From positions 1 to 64,000 of the forward strand of contig JBILLK010000030.1 in the NCBI GenBank assembly GCA_044376115.1: 64,000 nucleotides of DNA, written 5' to 3'. Of this stretch, positions 9,845 through 18,437 are shown piece by piece. Each line of letters begins with the position of its first letter. Position 1 is the first letter of the stretch. The notes below the pieces were generated by a model. It saw nothing but the letters and a program-made list of their open reading frames with translations, was not told the origin of the DNA and did not search any database. Both the position numbers and the translations under genes were made by a program. This stretch comes from Polyangiaceae bacterium (GTDB lineage: Bacteria; Myxococcota_A; Polyangia; Polyangiales; Polyangiaceae).

Positions 9845-10492
9845 ATGACCGAGTGGGCGCCGCGCGATGCAAAGGTCTCCCTGATCATGGGCCGCGCGCA
9901 TGTGGACGTGGTGCTGCAGGCTGTACGCGGCGCGCGCACCAGCGTTTGGATCTCCACCGCCAACCTGAAAGACGTCCACGTCGAGGCTCGCGTCGGCACG
10001 CGGGCGCGTGCGGCTGGCCGCTACGAATCGCTTTTCGACGAGCTCGGCGCGATGCGTGCGCGCGGCGTCGACGTGCGCATCCTTCACGCCGGTACGCCTT
10101 CGCGCGCGCTGCGTCCCAAGCTCGGCAAGTCCGCCGCGGCGGCGCTGCGCCAATGCCCGCGGGTTCACCTGAAGATGATCGCTGTGGATGGCGCCTTCCT
10201 CTATCTCGGGTCGGCCAACTTCACCGGCGCTGGGCTCGGGGCCAAAGCCGATGAACGACGCAACTTCGAGGCGGGCTTTGCTACCTCCGACGACGTGCTG
10301 CTCGACGCGTTGCAATCGGAGTTCGACGCGATTTGGTCGGGCCGCCGTTGTGGCGCGTGCAAGTTGCGCCGGGAATGCCCGGCGCCCCTCGACTCGCTCA
10401 GCGGTCCCAGTTCTCCGCCAAAAGCGCCACTCGAAAAGGAAACAAAGCCGCGGACATCACGCCGGCCAAAACGGCCGGGTCCTGCTCCATGA
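9845..10492 (+). CDS. phospholipase D-like (single HKD) domain protein
   Basis: WISTANLK, HLKMIAVDG, YLGSANFTGAG, RNFEAG; C-terminal CGAC....CP. Confidence 0.88.
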   Translation: MTEWAPRDAKVSLIMGRAHVDVVLQAVRGARTSVWISTANLKDVHVEARVGTRARAAGRYESLFDELGAMRARGVDVRILHAGTPSRALRPKLGKSAAAALRQCPRVHLKMIAVDGAFLYLGSANFTGAGLGAKADERRNFEAGFATSDDVLLDALQSEFDAIWSGRRCGACKLRRECPAPLDSLSGPSSPPKAPLEKETKPRTSRRPKRPGPAP

Positions 10493-10712
10493 AGCTGCGC
10501 GCCGCCGCTTCATCCTCGGCCTTGAAGATCACGATGCCAAAGGTCTCTTCGTCCACCGTCAAGGTGCGGCCGGCCATGAGCACCGTTCCTGCGCGCACCC
10601 CCGCGTTGACGTAGGCAAAGTGATCTTGCGTTGCCTCGGCCTCTTCGGGCGTTGGTCCGCTCTTCAACATCTCGAGGCGCGTCGGCTTTATGCGATAGAT
10701 GAATTCACTCAC
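10398..10712 (-). CDS. YciI family protein
   Basis: HFAY, AGRTL, FGIVIF.A.DE..AR..M..DPAV..GVM.A.L.PF. Confidence 0.85.
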   Translation of the reverse strand: MSEFIYRIKPTRLEMLKSGPTPEEAEATQDHFAYVNAGVRAGTVLMAGRTLTVDEETFGIVIFKAEDEAAARSFMEQDPAVLAGVMSAALFPFRVALLAENWDR

Positions 10713-11467
10713 CGCACAATGTTAGGCCTCTTACGGCTGGTGCCGAAGTGGAACCGCAAGGCGGGCAGTAGTCTTCTGCGCCAGGAGGACTCGCGGTGAT
10801 GCCCCTGCGGATCCGCGCGGAACTTCAATTCGCAACGGCCTCCAGCCTGCAGTAGCTCGGCCATCCGCTGCGCTGAGGCGAGCATGCGTCCTCCTGCCTC
10901 ATGCGCGCCGGCGTCCAAGTAGATGCGGCTGCCCGCAGGGGCGTTGTGCTGCTTGACCCAATCGAAAAGCGCCCCATTCCCAACGAACAACGAGGGCGAC
11001 ATCGAGATCGCTCCACCAAATACGTCGGGCAGGCGCAAGGCCGCATACAAGCTCGCCAAGCCGCCCATCGACGAGCCGCCCACGATCGCTTGCCGCGGGT
11101 TTGTGCTGAGCGCGAGCTCGCGCCGCAACTTCGGCAAAAGCCAGCTCGTGAGCCAATGAAGGAAGCCCTCCGCTTCGCCGCTGTGCGGTCCAAAGGCGAA
11201 AGGCGAAAGCTCGCGGATGCGATGCTCATTGCCATGATCGACGCCGATGACCACCGGGGCCGGGACGTTGCGAGCCAGCCGCTCCACGGCGAGGTGAGCA
11301 TGCCAGCCTCCAGCGAAACTGGGTGCATCGTCGAAAACGTTTTGCCCGTCAAACAGCAGCAAGAAGGGCCGCTCTTGCGCGGGCGCGCGCTTCGGCACGT
11401 AGATGCGCACGTTTCGTTTCGGGGGGACGCCCGGGAAGATCTCGTAGGGGCCTGTGACCCGAATCAT
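10709..11467 (-). CDS. alpha/beta-hydrolase, putative esterase family
   Basis: DGQNVFD, GSSMGG nucleophile elbow, IYLDAG..E, H.E.SW.RRL. Confidence 0.9.
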   Translation of the reverse strand: MIRVTGPYEIFPGVPPKRNVRIYVPKRAPAQERPFLLLFDGQNVFDDAPSFAGGWHAHLAVERLARNVPAPVVIGVDHGNEHRIRELSPFAFGPHSGEAEGFLHWLTSWLLPKLRRELALSTNPRQAIVGGSSMGGLASLYAALRLPDVFGGAISMSPSLFVGNGALFDWVKQHNAPAGSRIYLDAGAHEAGGRMLASAQRMAELLQAGGRCELKFRADPQGHHRESSWRRRLLPALRFHFGTSRKRPNIVR

Positions 11468-11553
11468 CGGCGGGTCATAGCGCACCCACCCGAACGCACA
11501 AGCTCGCAACCGAGGGCCCTACGATCGACTAGGATGCGTGCGGTGAGAGCTTC

Positions 11554-12060
11554 ATGAAAAGAGTGCTTTGCGGTCTTGCTGCAACGGTGAGTCTCGCGCT
11601 GCCAACCATGGCGCAGGCCGAGCCCAAGCTCGAGGTTGAACCGCGCGGGGAACTCCTGTTCGGCGACGATGTCTACGGCCGGGAGATCTTCGGTGGTCCG
11701 GGTCTTGGGCTCACCTTTGGCTATTCGCTCGATACCTATCCCATTCTGTTGATGCCGGAGCTGACGTTGACCGGAGCCTTCTATCCAGGCGAACTCGCCG
11801 CCAGCGCGCGAGCAACAGCGGGCTTTCGCGCGGGGCTGACCACCATCGTCGAGCCCAGCGTTTATGCGCATTTCGGTTATGGCGCGCTGCTCAATGACGT
11901 CGAGGTGGGGCACACCTTCACGTTGGATGCGGGCCTGACCTTGGACAAGCGGCTCGGGCGCAGTGTCACGTTGGGCGGCAGCCTCGGTTACCAAGGTTTC
12001 GTCGGTGAGTTTTCGGCGCACGGGCTCACGCTCGGTTTGCACGCGGGGTTTTGGCTATGA
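11554..12060 (+). CDS. small outer-membrane beta-barrel protein
   Basis: Signal peptide ending AQA, alternating beta-strands, terminal GLHAGFWL. Confidence 0.7.
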   Translation: MKRVLCGLAATVSLALPTMAQAEPKLEVEPRGELLFGDDVYGREIFGGPGLGLTFGYSLDTYPILLMPELTLTGAFYPGELAASARATAGFRAGLTTIVEPSVYAHFGYGALLNDVEVGHTFTLDAGLTLDKRLGRSVTLGGSLGYQGFVGEFSAHGLTLGLHAGFWL

Positions 12061-13046
12061 AAGCTTGGTTGGGCGCGGGGCTCGTTGCTCTCCTCGGTTG
12101 CACAGCATCGGCGCCAAGTGCGCCTGGCGGCGGCTCAGCCCAAACAAGTTCAGCGCAGACCAGCGCAGGGCAAGGCTCTTCGCCGAGTGCTTCGCCGAGC
12201 GGCGCTTCCGCCGCTGTTTCGGCCTCGGCGGCCGCATCATCGGTGAAGCGCAAACCCGGTGCAGCGTTCGCCTGCGGCAGCTTCACCTGCACGCCGTTCG
12301 GCTCGGCGCGCGAGGCGGTGGAGCACGTGCTCAACAAGGAGAAGCCGTTGATCGTCGCGCTCGGTGAGAGCCACGCACAAAAAGGTGATCCCAAGGTCCC
12401 TTCCACCACCGCGCGCTTCACCGAGCAGCTGCTCGGCCTGTTTCGCGGGAACGCCTCAGCGATGGTGCTCGAGCTTTGGATCCCCGATGGTTCCTGCGAC
12501 AAAAAGACCGAAGCAAAGGTCGCCCAGCAGCAGAAGGAAGTGACCAAGAACCAGGCCGAGGAGAACCCGAACGAGTTCGTCAAGCTCGGCCAAGCCAGCA
12601 AAGAGGCCGGCATCACGCCCTACATCTTGCGGCCCAGCTGCAGCGAGGTGGAGACCATCAAGAACGCCGGTGAGGACGCGGTGCTCAAGATGCTCGACAT
12701 GATCACGCTCAGCATGCAGGACAAGGTGAAGAAGCAGTTCGCCCTGGCGCAAAAGAGCAGCCCGCCGAAGATGGTGCTCACCTACGGCGGCGCGATGCAC
12801 AATGACCGCGTGCCCAAAGCAGGGCGTGAACAATGGAGCTTCGCCGCCGAACTCGAGCGGCTCTCGAGCAATCGCTACCTCGAGCTTGATTTGATCGTCC
12901 CCGAGTTCATCAAAGACAACAGCTCCTGGCAGGCGCTCCCGTGGTACCCGGCGTACCAACCGGAGGAGAACAGCGAGGTCAATCTGCTGATTGAAACGGC
13001 GCCGCGCAGCTACGCGCTGATCTTTGCGCGCACGCCTGCTCCGTAG
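12057..13046 (+). CDS. lipoprotein, possible TIKI/EreA/ChaN-superfamily fold
   Basis: Lipobox LLGC, Ser/Ala linker, ALGESH...VLELW...TYGGAMHND. ATGA overlap with upstream gene. Confidence 0.7.
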   Translation: MKAWLGAGLVALLGCTASAPSAPGGGSAQTSSAQTSAGQGSSPSASPSGASAAVSASAAASSVKRKPGAAFACGSFTCTPFGSAREAVEHVLNKEKPLIVALGESHAQKGDPKVPSTTARFTEQLLGLFRGNASAMVLELWIPDGSCDKKTEAKVAQQQKEVTKNQAEENPNEFVKLGQASKEAGITPYILRPSCSEVETIKNAGEDAVLKMLDMITLSMQDKVKKQFALAQKSSPPKMVLTYGGAMHNDRVPKAGREQWSFAAELERLSSNRYLELDLIVPEFIKDNSSWQALPWYPAYQPEENSEVNLLIETAPRSYALIFARTPAP

Positions 13047-13101
13047 CCATCTCCGTTCGAGCTATGCGGGCGCACAAACCCGCGTACTCTCGGCGCATCT
13101 T

Positions 13102-14274
13102 ATGAGTGGTTCTATCGGGCTCGTGCTTTCGGGCGGCGGCGCACGCGGCGCTTATGAAGTTGGCGTATTGACCTACCTGGCCGAACATCATCCCAAGCTG
13201 CTCGATCGCATTCGCGTAGTGACCGGCACCAGCGTCGGCGCCGTCAACGCAGCGTTTTTGGCTTCCCGCGGGGTGACCGTGGCAGCGGTGGCCGAGCTCG
13301 CGGATATCTGGCGTTCGCTCGAGATCGATCAGCTCGTCGGCATCGACAAACGCGGCATGAGCGAACTCTTGGCGACCGGCGGGAAGCGCTTGATCGGCCG
13401 ACCGGTGACCAGCCCGCCGGTCGGGCTCTTGAGCGTGGACGGCATCACTCGCATCGTCGCCGAGCGCACCGATTGGCGGGGGTTGCGGCGCGTGGTGCGC
13501 TCCGGGCGGCTGGACGCCGTGGGCTTCGCAGCCACCGATATCGGCACCGGCAAGACGGTGTTCTTCGTCGATCACGCCGATCATATTCAAGGCCGCTGGC
13601 CACGTGGAGAGGACGCACCGCAGGCCGAACGGGTGCTCTTGGGGCCACTGCACGTGCTCGCCTCCGCGGCGATCCCGATCCTGTTCCCGCCGGTTTCGGT
13701 GGCCGGCCGTTGGTTCATCGACGGTGGCGTTCGCTACAATACGCCGCTGTCACCGGCGCTCGCGCTCGGCGCCGAATCGCTGCTCATCATCAGCGTGCGC
13801 GCAGTCGAGGACGCCCATACCGACGCGCCGCAAGGCTCCTTCGCTGGCTTCGGGCAGATCGTCGGTAAGGTCCTCGACTCGGTCTTCCTCGACCGCATTG
13901 GCTATGATCTCGACCGAATGCGCCGCATCAACGACTGGATCGCCAGCATCGAAGAGACGCTGCCCGCGGACTCCCTCACCGCCATTCGTGCGGCGATGGT
14001 CGCCAAGGGCCGGCCCTCCTACCGCACGGTGCGCTTTGCCCACGTGCAACCGTCGAAGGATCTCGGCGCCCTGGCGGCCCAACACCTCGGCAGCGCCAAA
14101 GGCGCGGGGCCCTTCTCCTTTGCGCGCGTGCTGCGTGCGTTGTTCCAAGACGACACCGGCACCACCGGTGATGCCGCCAGCTTCCTCTTGTTCGACGGTG
14201 GTTACGCCGAGACGCTGATCAAGCAAGGCCACGCTGATGCCGCGAAGGCCGAGCCCTTCATGCAGACGTTGTAA
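13102..14274 (+). CDS. patatin-like phospholipase
   Basis: LVLSGGGARGAYEVG, GTSVGA, ASAAIP..FP, IDGG. Confidence 0.93.
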   Translation: MSGSIGLVLSGGGARGAYEVGVLTYLAEHHPKLLDRIRVVTGTSVGAVNAAFLASRGVTVAAVAELADIWRSLEIDQLVGIDKRGMSELLATGGKRLIGRPVTSPPVGLLSVDGITRIVAERTDWRGLRRVVRSGRLDAVGFAATDIGTGKTVFFVDHADHIQGRWPRGEDAPQAERVLLGPLHVLASAAIPILFPPVSVAGRWFIDGGVRYNTPLSPALALGAESLLIISVRAVEDAHTDAPQGSFAGFGQIVGKVLDSVFLDRIGYDLDRMRRINDWIASIEETLPADSLTAIRAAMVAKGRPSYRTVRFAHVQPSKDLGALAAQHLGSAKGAGPFSFARVLRALFQDDTGTTGDAASFLLFDGGYAETLIKQGHADAAKAEPFMQTL

Positions 14275-14277
14275 CCT

Positions 14278-15204
14278 TCAGTTGCTCGGCGCAGCCAGCC
14301 GCGGGCCTTCATCGACGTTGAAGCCTTGGGCTTTGTACACCTGGCTCCAGCGGATCTGCGCCGCCGCCAACTCCTGATTTTCCGGCGTAGTGAGCTTCGG
14401 CTTCGGTTTGGAGGCGCACATCAGCAGCGCAAACGGATCCACTCGGCGTTCACGCCGAACCTCGCGCGAGCTGGTGAAGTGCGCCGGTTTGAGGCAGCTC
14501 TCGTCGAGCAACTCGAAGAAGCGATTGGCTGCTTCTGCGGCCTCCGGCACCACGCCAGAGTGGCGTTCGAGCATGGCGTCTTCTTCGCTGCCGCGAATGA
14601 TCACCTCCAGGTGCAAGTGCGGTTTGATCTTGGGACCTGCGGCATTTCCGGTCTTACCGACGGTGCCCAGCTTGTCGCCAGCGTGAATGGCCGTCCATTT
14701 CTTGGGCACGTTCACCTTGTCGAGGTGGGCATAGAAGAACGAAGCATGAAGGCCTTCGTCGCCGCCGAGCGCGTCGGGGAGTTTGCATACGACCTGCACG
14801 ACATTGCCGTAGCCGCCGCGCTTATCAGCCTTGGCTTTGCCGTTGCACGCCGAAAGCAGTTTGGCGCCTTTTTCGGCGAGGAAGTCGACCCCGTTGTGTT
14901 TGCCGTGCGCGCGGGGTGCCAAGAACGCACCCTTGCCGCCCTCGTCGTTGCGGATCCCGTGATCGATCTCGAGTACGAAGCTGAAGGACGGATCGGCCGG
15001 GGCCCACGGAGGAGGCGGCGGCGCTTCGGGCACGACCTTCTTCAGCTCGGGCGCTGCCTCCTCGAGCACCGGCGCGATCACCTCGGCGAGCAAACCTGCG
15101 TGTTGGTCGAGCTCGAGCTTCGCCGCGTTGCTCTTCGAGCAGCCTGCGAGCAGCAAGACGGCGCAGCTAAGGAGGGCGAACCCTGTGAACTTGGTGTTCA
15201 CCAT
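14278..15204 (-). CDS. M23 family metallopeptidase lipoprotein
   Basis: Lipobox LAGC, HNGVDF, GYGNVV, YAHL, VGKTGNA, PHLHLE. Confidence 0.9.
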   Translation of the reverse strand: MVNTKFTGFALLSCAVLLLAGCSKSNAAKLELDQHAGLLAEVIAPVLEEAAPELKKVVPEAPPPPPWAPADPSFSFVLEIDHGIRNDEGGKGAFLAPRAHGKHNGVDFLAEKGAKLLSACNGKAKADKRGGYGNVVQVVCKLPDALGGDEGLHASFFYAHLDKVNVPKKWTAIHAGDKLGTVGKTGNAAGPKIKPHLHLEVIIRGSEEDAMLERHSGVVPEAAEAANRFFELLDESCLKPAHFTSSREVRRERRVDPFALLMCASKPKPKLTTPENQELAAAQIRWSQVYKAQGFNVDEGPRLAAPSN

Positions 15205-15396
15205 GACGAGCGACGGGGATGCCTCAGCGGGCCCGAATGGGCCAAGTAAGCTGATCGTACGACAGTGGCGCACTTACTGTTCCACGGGCGCGCCCAAAGC
15301 GAACGCCGTGCTTCTACCGACTCTCGACTTGGCACGAGTGATTGTGGCGAGGTCTGCTAGGCTGCGCCCGTTGCCCGGCGGCGGGCAAAGCGTCCT

Positions 15397-16185
15397 ATGA
15401 AGAGTGCCCCGTTTAGCTTCCTTTTGGTTGGTCTCGGCGTTTTGGCCGCTGCGAGCTGCGCCAATAACACCCGTGATTCGCACTGCACCCCCGACGAGAC
15501 AGACCCGGAGACCACCGACTGCATCTACGCCGGTAAGGGTGAAGGCCCGCTCGTCAGTGAGGCGGCTTGCGCGGCGCTCGTTGGGGAAAAGCCTGCTGTT
15601 TGCCCCTCCTTCTACGAGGTCTTGGAGGTCTTCAATGACCCGGCCAAAGGCAACTGCTCGTCCACCGGTTGTCACGGCCGCGAAGAGAACGCCTCGGACG
15701 GCATCTTTCTTCCGCTTGACGACGCGGAGCGCTTCTACGACGAGCTTTTGGGCGTCCGCGGCTCGGTTGGTACGCCGTACGTAATCGCTGATGACCCGGC
15801 TACCGGCGGCAATGAGTCGCTCAGTAGCTGGATTCACTGCAATCTCCACGCAACGCCGGGCGGCGGCTTTCCAATGCCTCCTTCGTCAGGGCTCCTGCTC
15901 GAGGCAGACCGCAAGCTGGTTGAAGATTGGCTGCTGTGCGGCGCTCCGGCGCCCCCGGTTTGCACCGCAAACGCCGAGGATGGCGCTTGCGTGAGCTGCG
16001 CCAAAGACGCCTGTTGCGGTCAGGTCCTCACCTGCTCGGGGGACGCCGATTGTTTAGCCTGCGTGCAGTGCATTCAAATGAGTGGCCTGGGGGCATGCGC
16101 CGCGGAGTGTGATGAGGCCAATAGCGCCGTCGCTGCTCTGCGCACCTGCCTGAGCACAGGCTGCTCCGAGGTTTGTCCCCAATGA
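15397..16185 (+). CDS. Cys-rich lipoprotein with CX4CH heme-type motif
   Basis: Lipobox AASC, CSSTGCH, distal MPP...W...GA (cytochrome-c-like), C-terminal Cys-rich module (CVSCAKDACC...CLACVQC). Confidence 0.75.
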   Translation: MKSAPFSFLLVGLGVLAAASCANNTRDSHCTPDETDPETTDCIYAGKGEGPLVSEAACAALVGEKPAVCPSFYEVLEVFNDPAKGNCSSTGCHGREENASDGIFLPLDDAERFYDELLGVRGSVGTPYVIADDPATGGNESLSSWIHCNLHATPGGGFPMPPSSGLLLEADRKLVEDWLLCGAPAPPVCTANAEDGACVSCAKDACCGQVLTCSGDADCLACVQCIQMSGLGACAAECDEANSAVAALRTCLSTGCSEVCPQ

Positions 16186-17333
16186 GGTCCTCCTTTTTTG
16201 CAGCGGGGGCCGCATTGGCGCTCCTTGCCCGGCCCATGCAAGTTCGCGCCGACGACGTGCGCGTCAAGTTCGATGCCGAGGCCTCGGGCTACCTCGACAC
16301 CGACGCGACCGAGGTGCTTACGCCTGGCGTCGGCGTGGACGTCTCTTCGGTGACCGCTGGCTGGGGCTTTGGCGGTGACTTCCTGGTGGACGTCGTCACG
16401 GCAGCGTCGGCCGACATCGTCGCGACGGCCTCTCCCAAGTGGACCGACGTTCGTTATGTCCCGACGCTCAACGGGCATTTCAAGGTCGGGGACGTGACGT
16501 TGGGAGCAGCCGCTGCTGCGTCGATCGAGAGTGACTACTACGCAGGTACGGGCACGCTCAGCTTCTCGGTCGATACGCTGGAAAAGACGGTGACCCCGGC
16601 GCTCAGCTACTCCTTTGGTTATGACGTAGCGGCCCGACGCGGCACCCCACTATCGGTCTATTCGCTCGAGTTGATGCGGCACGCCGCCGCCGCTTCGGTC
16701 ACCTTCGTGGTGAACAAGTCCACCATCTTTGTGCCTGGGCTCACCGCGGTACTGGAGTTCGGCGACCAGGAGAAGCCGTATCGCTATCTGCCGACCTTCG
16801 CCGCCGGTACCAAAGTCAGCAATGGCGCTAGCGCCGCCGAGGTGGACGCCGCTCGAACGAGCGTCCGCGTTACCGAGAACTCGCCTGACGCGAGGCAACG
16901 CTACGCAGGCTCGGCGCTGGTCGCACACCGCTTCGACAATGCCACTGTTCGCGTGGAGGAGCGCCTCTACATGGATAGCTGGTGGTTGATGGCTACGACG
17001 ACCGACTTCACGCTGCCGATCGATTTGGGAGACTCCATTCGGGTTTGGCCCCATGCGCGCTTTCACGCTCAGAAGGGCGTTTCCTTCTGGGACCGCGCCT
17101 ACGAAATGGAGGAAACGGCGCAGGGCCTACGTGCACCGGGGTTGCGCGTTGGCGACCGTGAACTCGGCCCCTTCATGGCTGGGTCGCTGGGCGGCGGCAT
17201 TCGCTTCATGTCGAATCGAGTCGGGGTGACGATCTCGGCGGACGCCGTTTACACCCGCTTCCTCGACCACCTGTTCATCCAAAATCGTCTGGCCGGCTTC
17301 GGGGCCGTGACCTTCGACGTGGAGACCGAGTGA
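16182..17333 (+). CDS. DUF3570 domain outer-membrane beta-barrel protein
   Basis: Signal peptide, Y.DTD...V.TP, VDVVTAAS.DIV..AS, ES.DY, Q.KPYR, E..PD.R.R, RLY.DSW, DRELGP. ATGA overlap. Confidence 0.8.
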   Translation: MRSSFFAAGAALALLARPMQVRADDVRVKFDAEASGYLDTDATEVLTPGVGVDVSSVTAGWGFGGDFLVDVVTAASADIVATASPKWTDVRYVPTLNGHFKVGDVTLGAAAAASIESDYYAGTGTLSFSVDTLEKTVTPALSYSFGYDVAARRGTPLSVYSLELMRHAAAASVTFVVNKSTIFVPGLTAVLEFGDQEKPYRYLPTFAAGTKVSNGASAAEVDAARTSVRVTENSPDARQRYAGSALVAHRFDNATVRVEERLYMDSWWLMATTTDFTLPIDLGDSIRVWPHARFHAQKGVSFWDRAYEMEETAQGLRAPGLRVGDRELGPFMAGSLGGGIRFMSNRVGVTISADAVYTRFLDHLFIQNRLAGFGAVTFDVETE

Positions 17334-17908
17334 TGGCTGCGCGAACGATCTCAGCACGAGTGCTGTCTTTGCTTTGGGCGAGTTCCTTGGCGGTCGGTTG
17401 TATGAGCCCCGTAGAGGATGACCAGATCGCCGAGCTGGGCCCTGAGGTGGACGGCCTGGAGGAGGGTGAGTACCACCGCTATGGCCAGCCGTGCCTGCTG
17501 TGCCATGGCGGCTACAAGGCGCCTTTGTTCGCAGCAGGCGGCACCGTATTCGCCACTCCCGACGCGGATATTCCGGTGCAAAGCGTGATTGTGACGTTGA
17601 CCGACGCGACCGGGGACACCATTTCGGTGCCCACCAATTGTGCCGGTAACTTCTTCATCGACGAAGCACAGTGGCAGCCCGTTTTCCCGTTGCGTGCGGA
17701 GATTGAATGCACCTTGCCAGACGGCACCAAGCGGCGCTCAGTCATGCAAACGCGCATCAACCGTGACGGCGGCTGTGCCTCCTGCCATGAAAAGGGCGGG
17801 CCGACGCAGACCAGCCCCGGCCAGGTCTATTGCGCAGATACGCAGCCGGAGCCGGCGTTCGCGGTTGCGCCCAACTGCCCAGGTGGCCCCAACGGAACGG
17901 GGAACTGA
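17330..17908 (+). CDS. diheme c-type cytochrome-like lipoprotein
   Basis: Lipobox AVGC, HRYGQPCLLCH and GGCASCH, with a carboxypeptidase-regulatory-like beta domain between them (TNCAGNFF). Confidence 0.75.
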   Translation: MMAARTISARVLSLLWASSLAVGCMSPVEDDQIAELGPEVDGLEEGEYHRYGQPCLLCHGGYKAPLFAAGGTVFATPDADIPVQSVIVTLTDATGDTISVPTNCAGNFFIDEAQWQPVFPLRAEIECTLPDGTKRRSVMQTRINRDGGCASCHEKGGPTQTSPGQVYCADTQPEPAFAVAPNCPGGPNGTGN

Positions 17909-17909
17909 C

Positions 17910-18401
17910 GTGAACCTCAGAAGCATTCTCGGGCTCGTGATCGGCTGTGCGCTTCCGTCCTGCGTTTCCAGCGCAGACGCGGAGGCGACGGATTTCAGCT
18001 GTCCCTCCGATGAGGAGTTCCCCATCGTTTCGCAGGTGCTCGAGCAGCGCTGCGGCACGCTCGACTGCCACGGGGACCCGTCGCGGCCGCTGCGCTTTTA
18101 CGGGCGTAACGGCGCGCGGCTGTTCGCTCCTGACGTGGTCGGAGAGCAGGGAACCTCGGCGGATGAACGGGACGCCAATCGGCTTTCGGTGTGCGGGCTG
18201 GAGCCGGAGGCGATGACCAGCGTGGTCGCCGGTGAGGCGGAGGTGACCACGCTCAGCGTCGTCCGTAAGCCGCTGCTCGATGAAGCGCACAAGGGCGGTC
18301 GCGTGTTTCTGCAAACCTCGCCGGGGTACATTTGCTTCTCTTCGTGGATTGAAGGGCAAGTGGACACCGCCGCGTGCGAGGCTGAACTGGCAAAGCCGTG
18401 A
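17910..18401 (+). CDS. lipoprotein with CX4CH heme-type motif
   Basis: GTG start 1 bp after the upstream stop, probable lipobox LPSC, RCGTLDCHG, KPL...HKGG, W. Confidence 0.72.
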   Translation: MNLRSILGLVIGCALPSCVSSADAEATDFSCPSDEEFPIVSQVLEQRCGTLDCHGDPSRPLRFYGRNGARLFAPDVVGEQGTSADERDANRLSVCGLEPEAMTSVVAGEAEVTTLSVVRKPLLDEAHKGGRVFLQTSPGYICFSSWIEGQVDTAACEAELAKP

Positions 18402-18437
18402 CGACTGCTTGCAACGTCGAAGAGGGGAAGGGGATAC

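Noticed and set aside
15330..15360. sigma-54 promoter (TTGGCACG) upstream of the DUF3570 operon
   Set aside because: No GC at the required -12 position (GG-N10-GC spacing fails).
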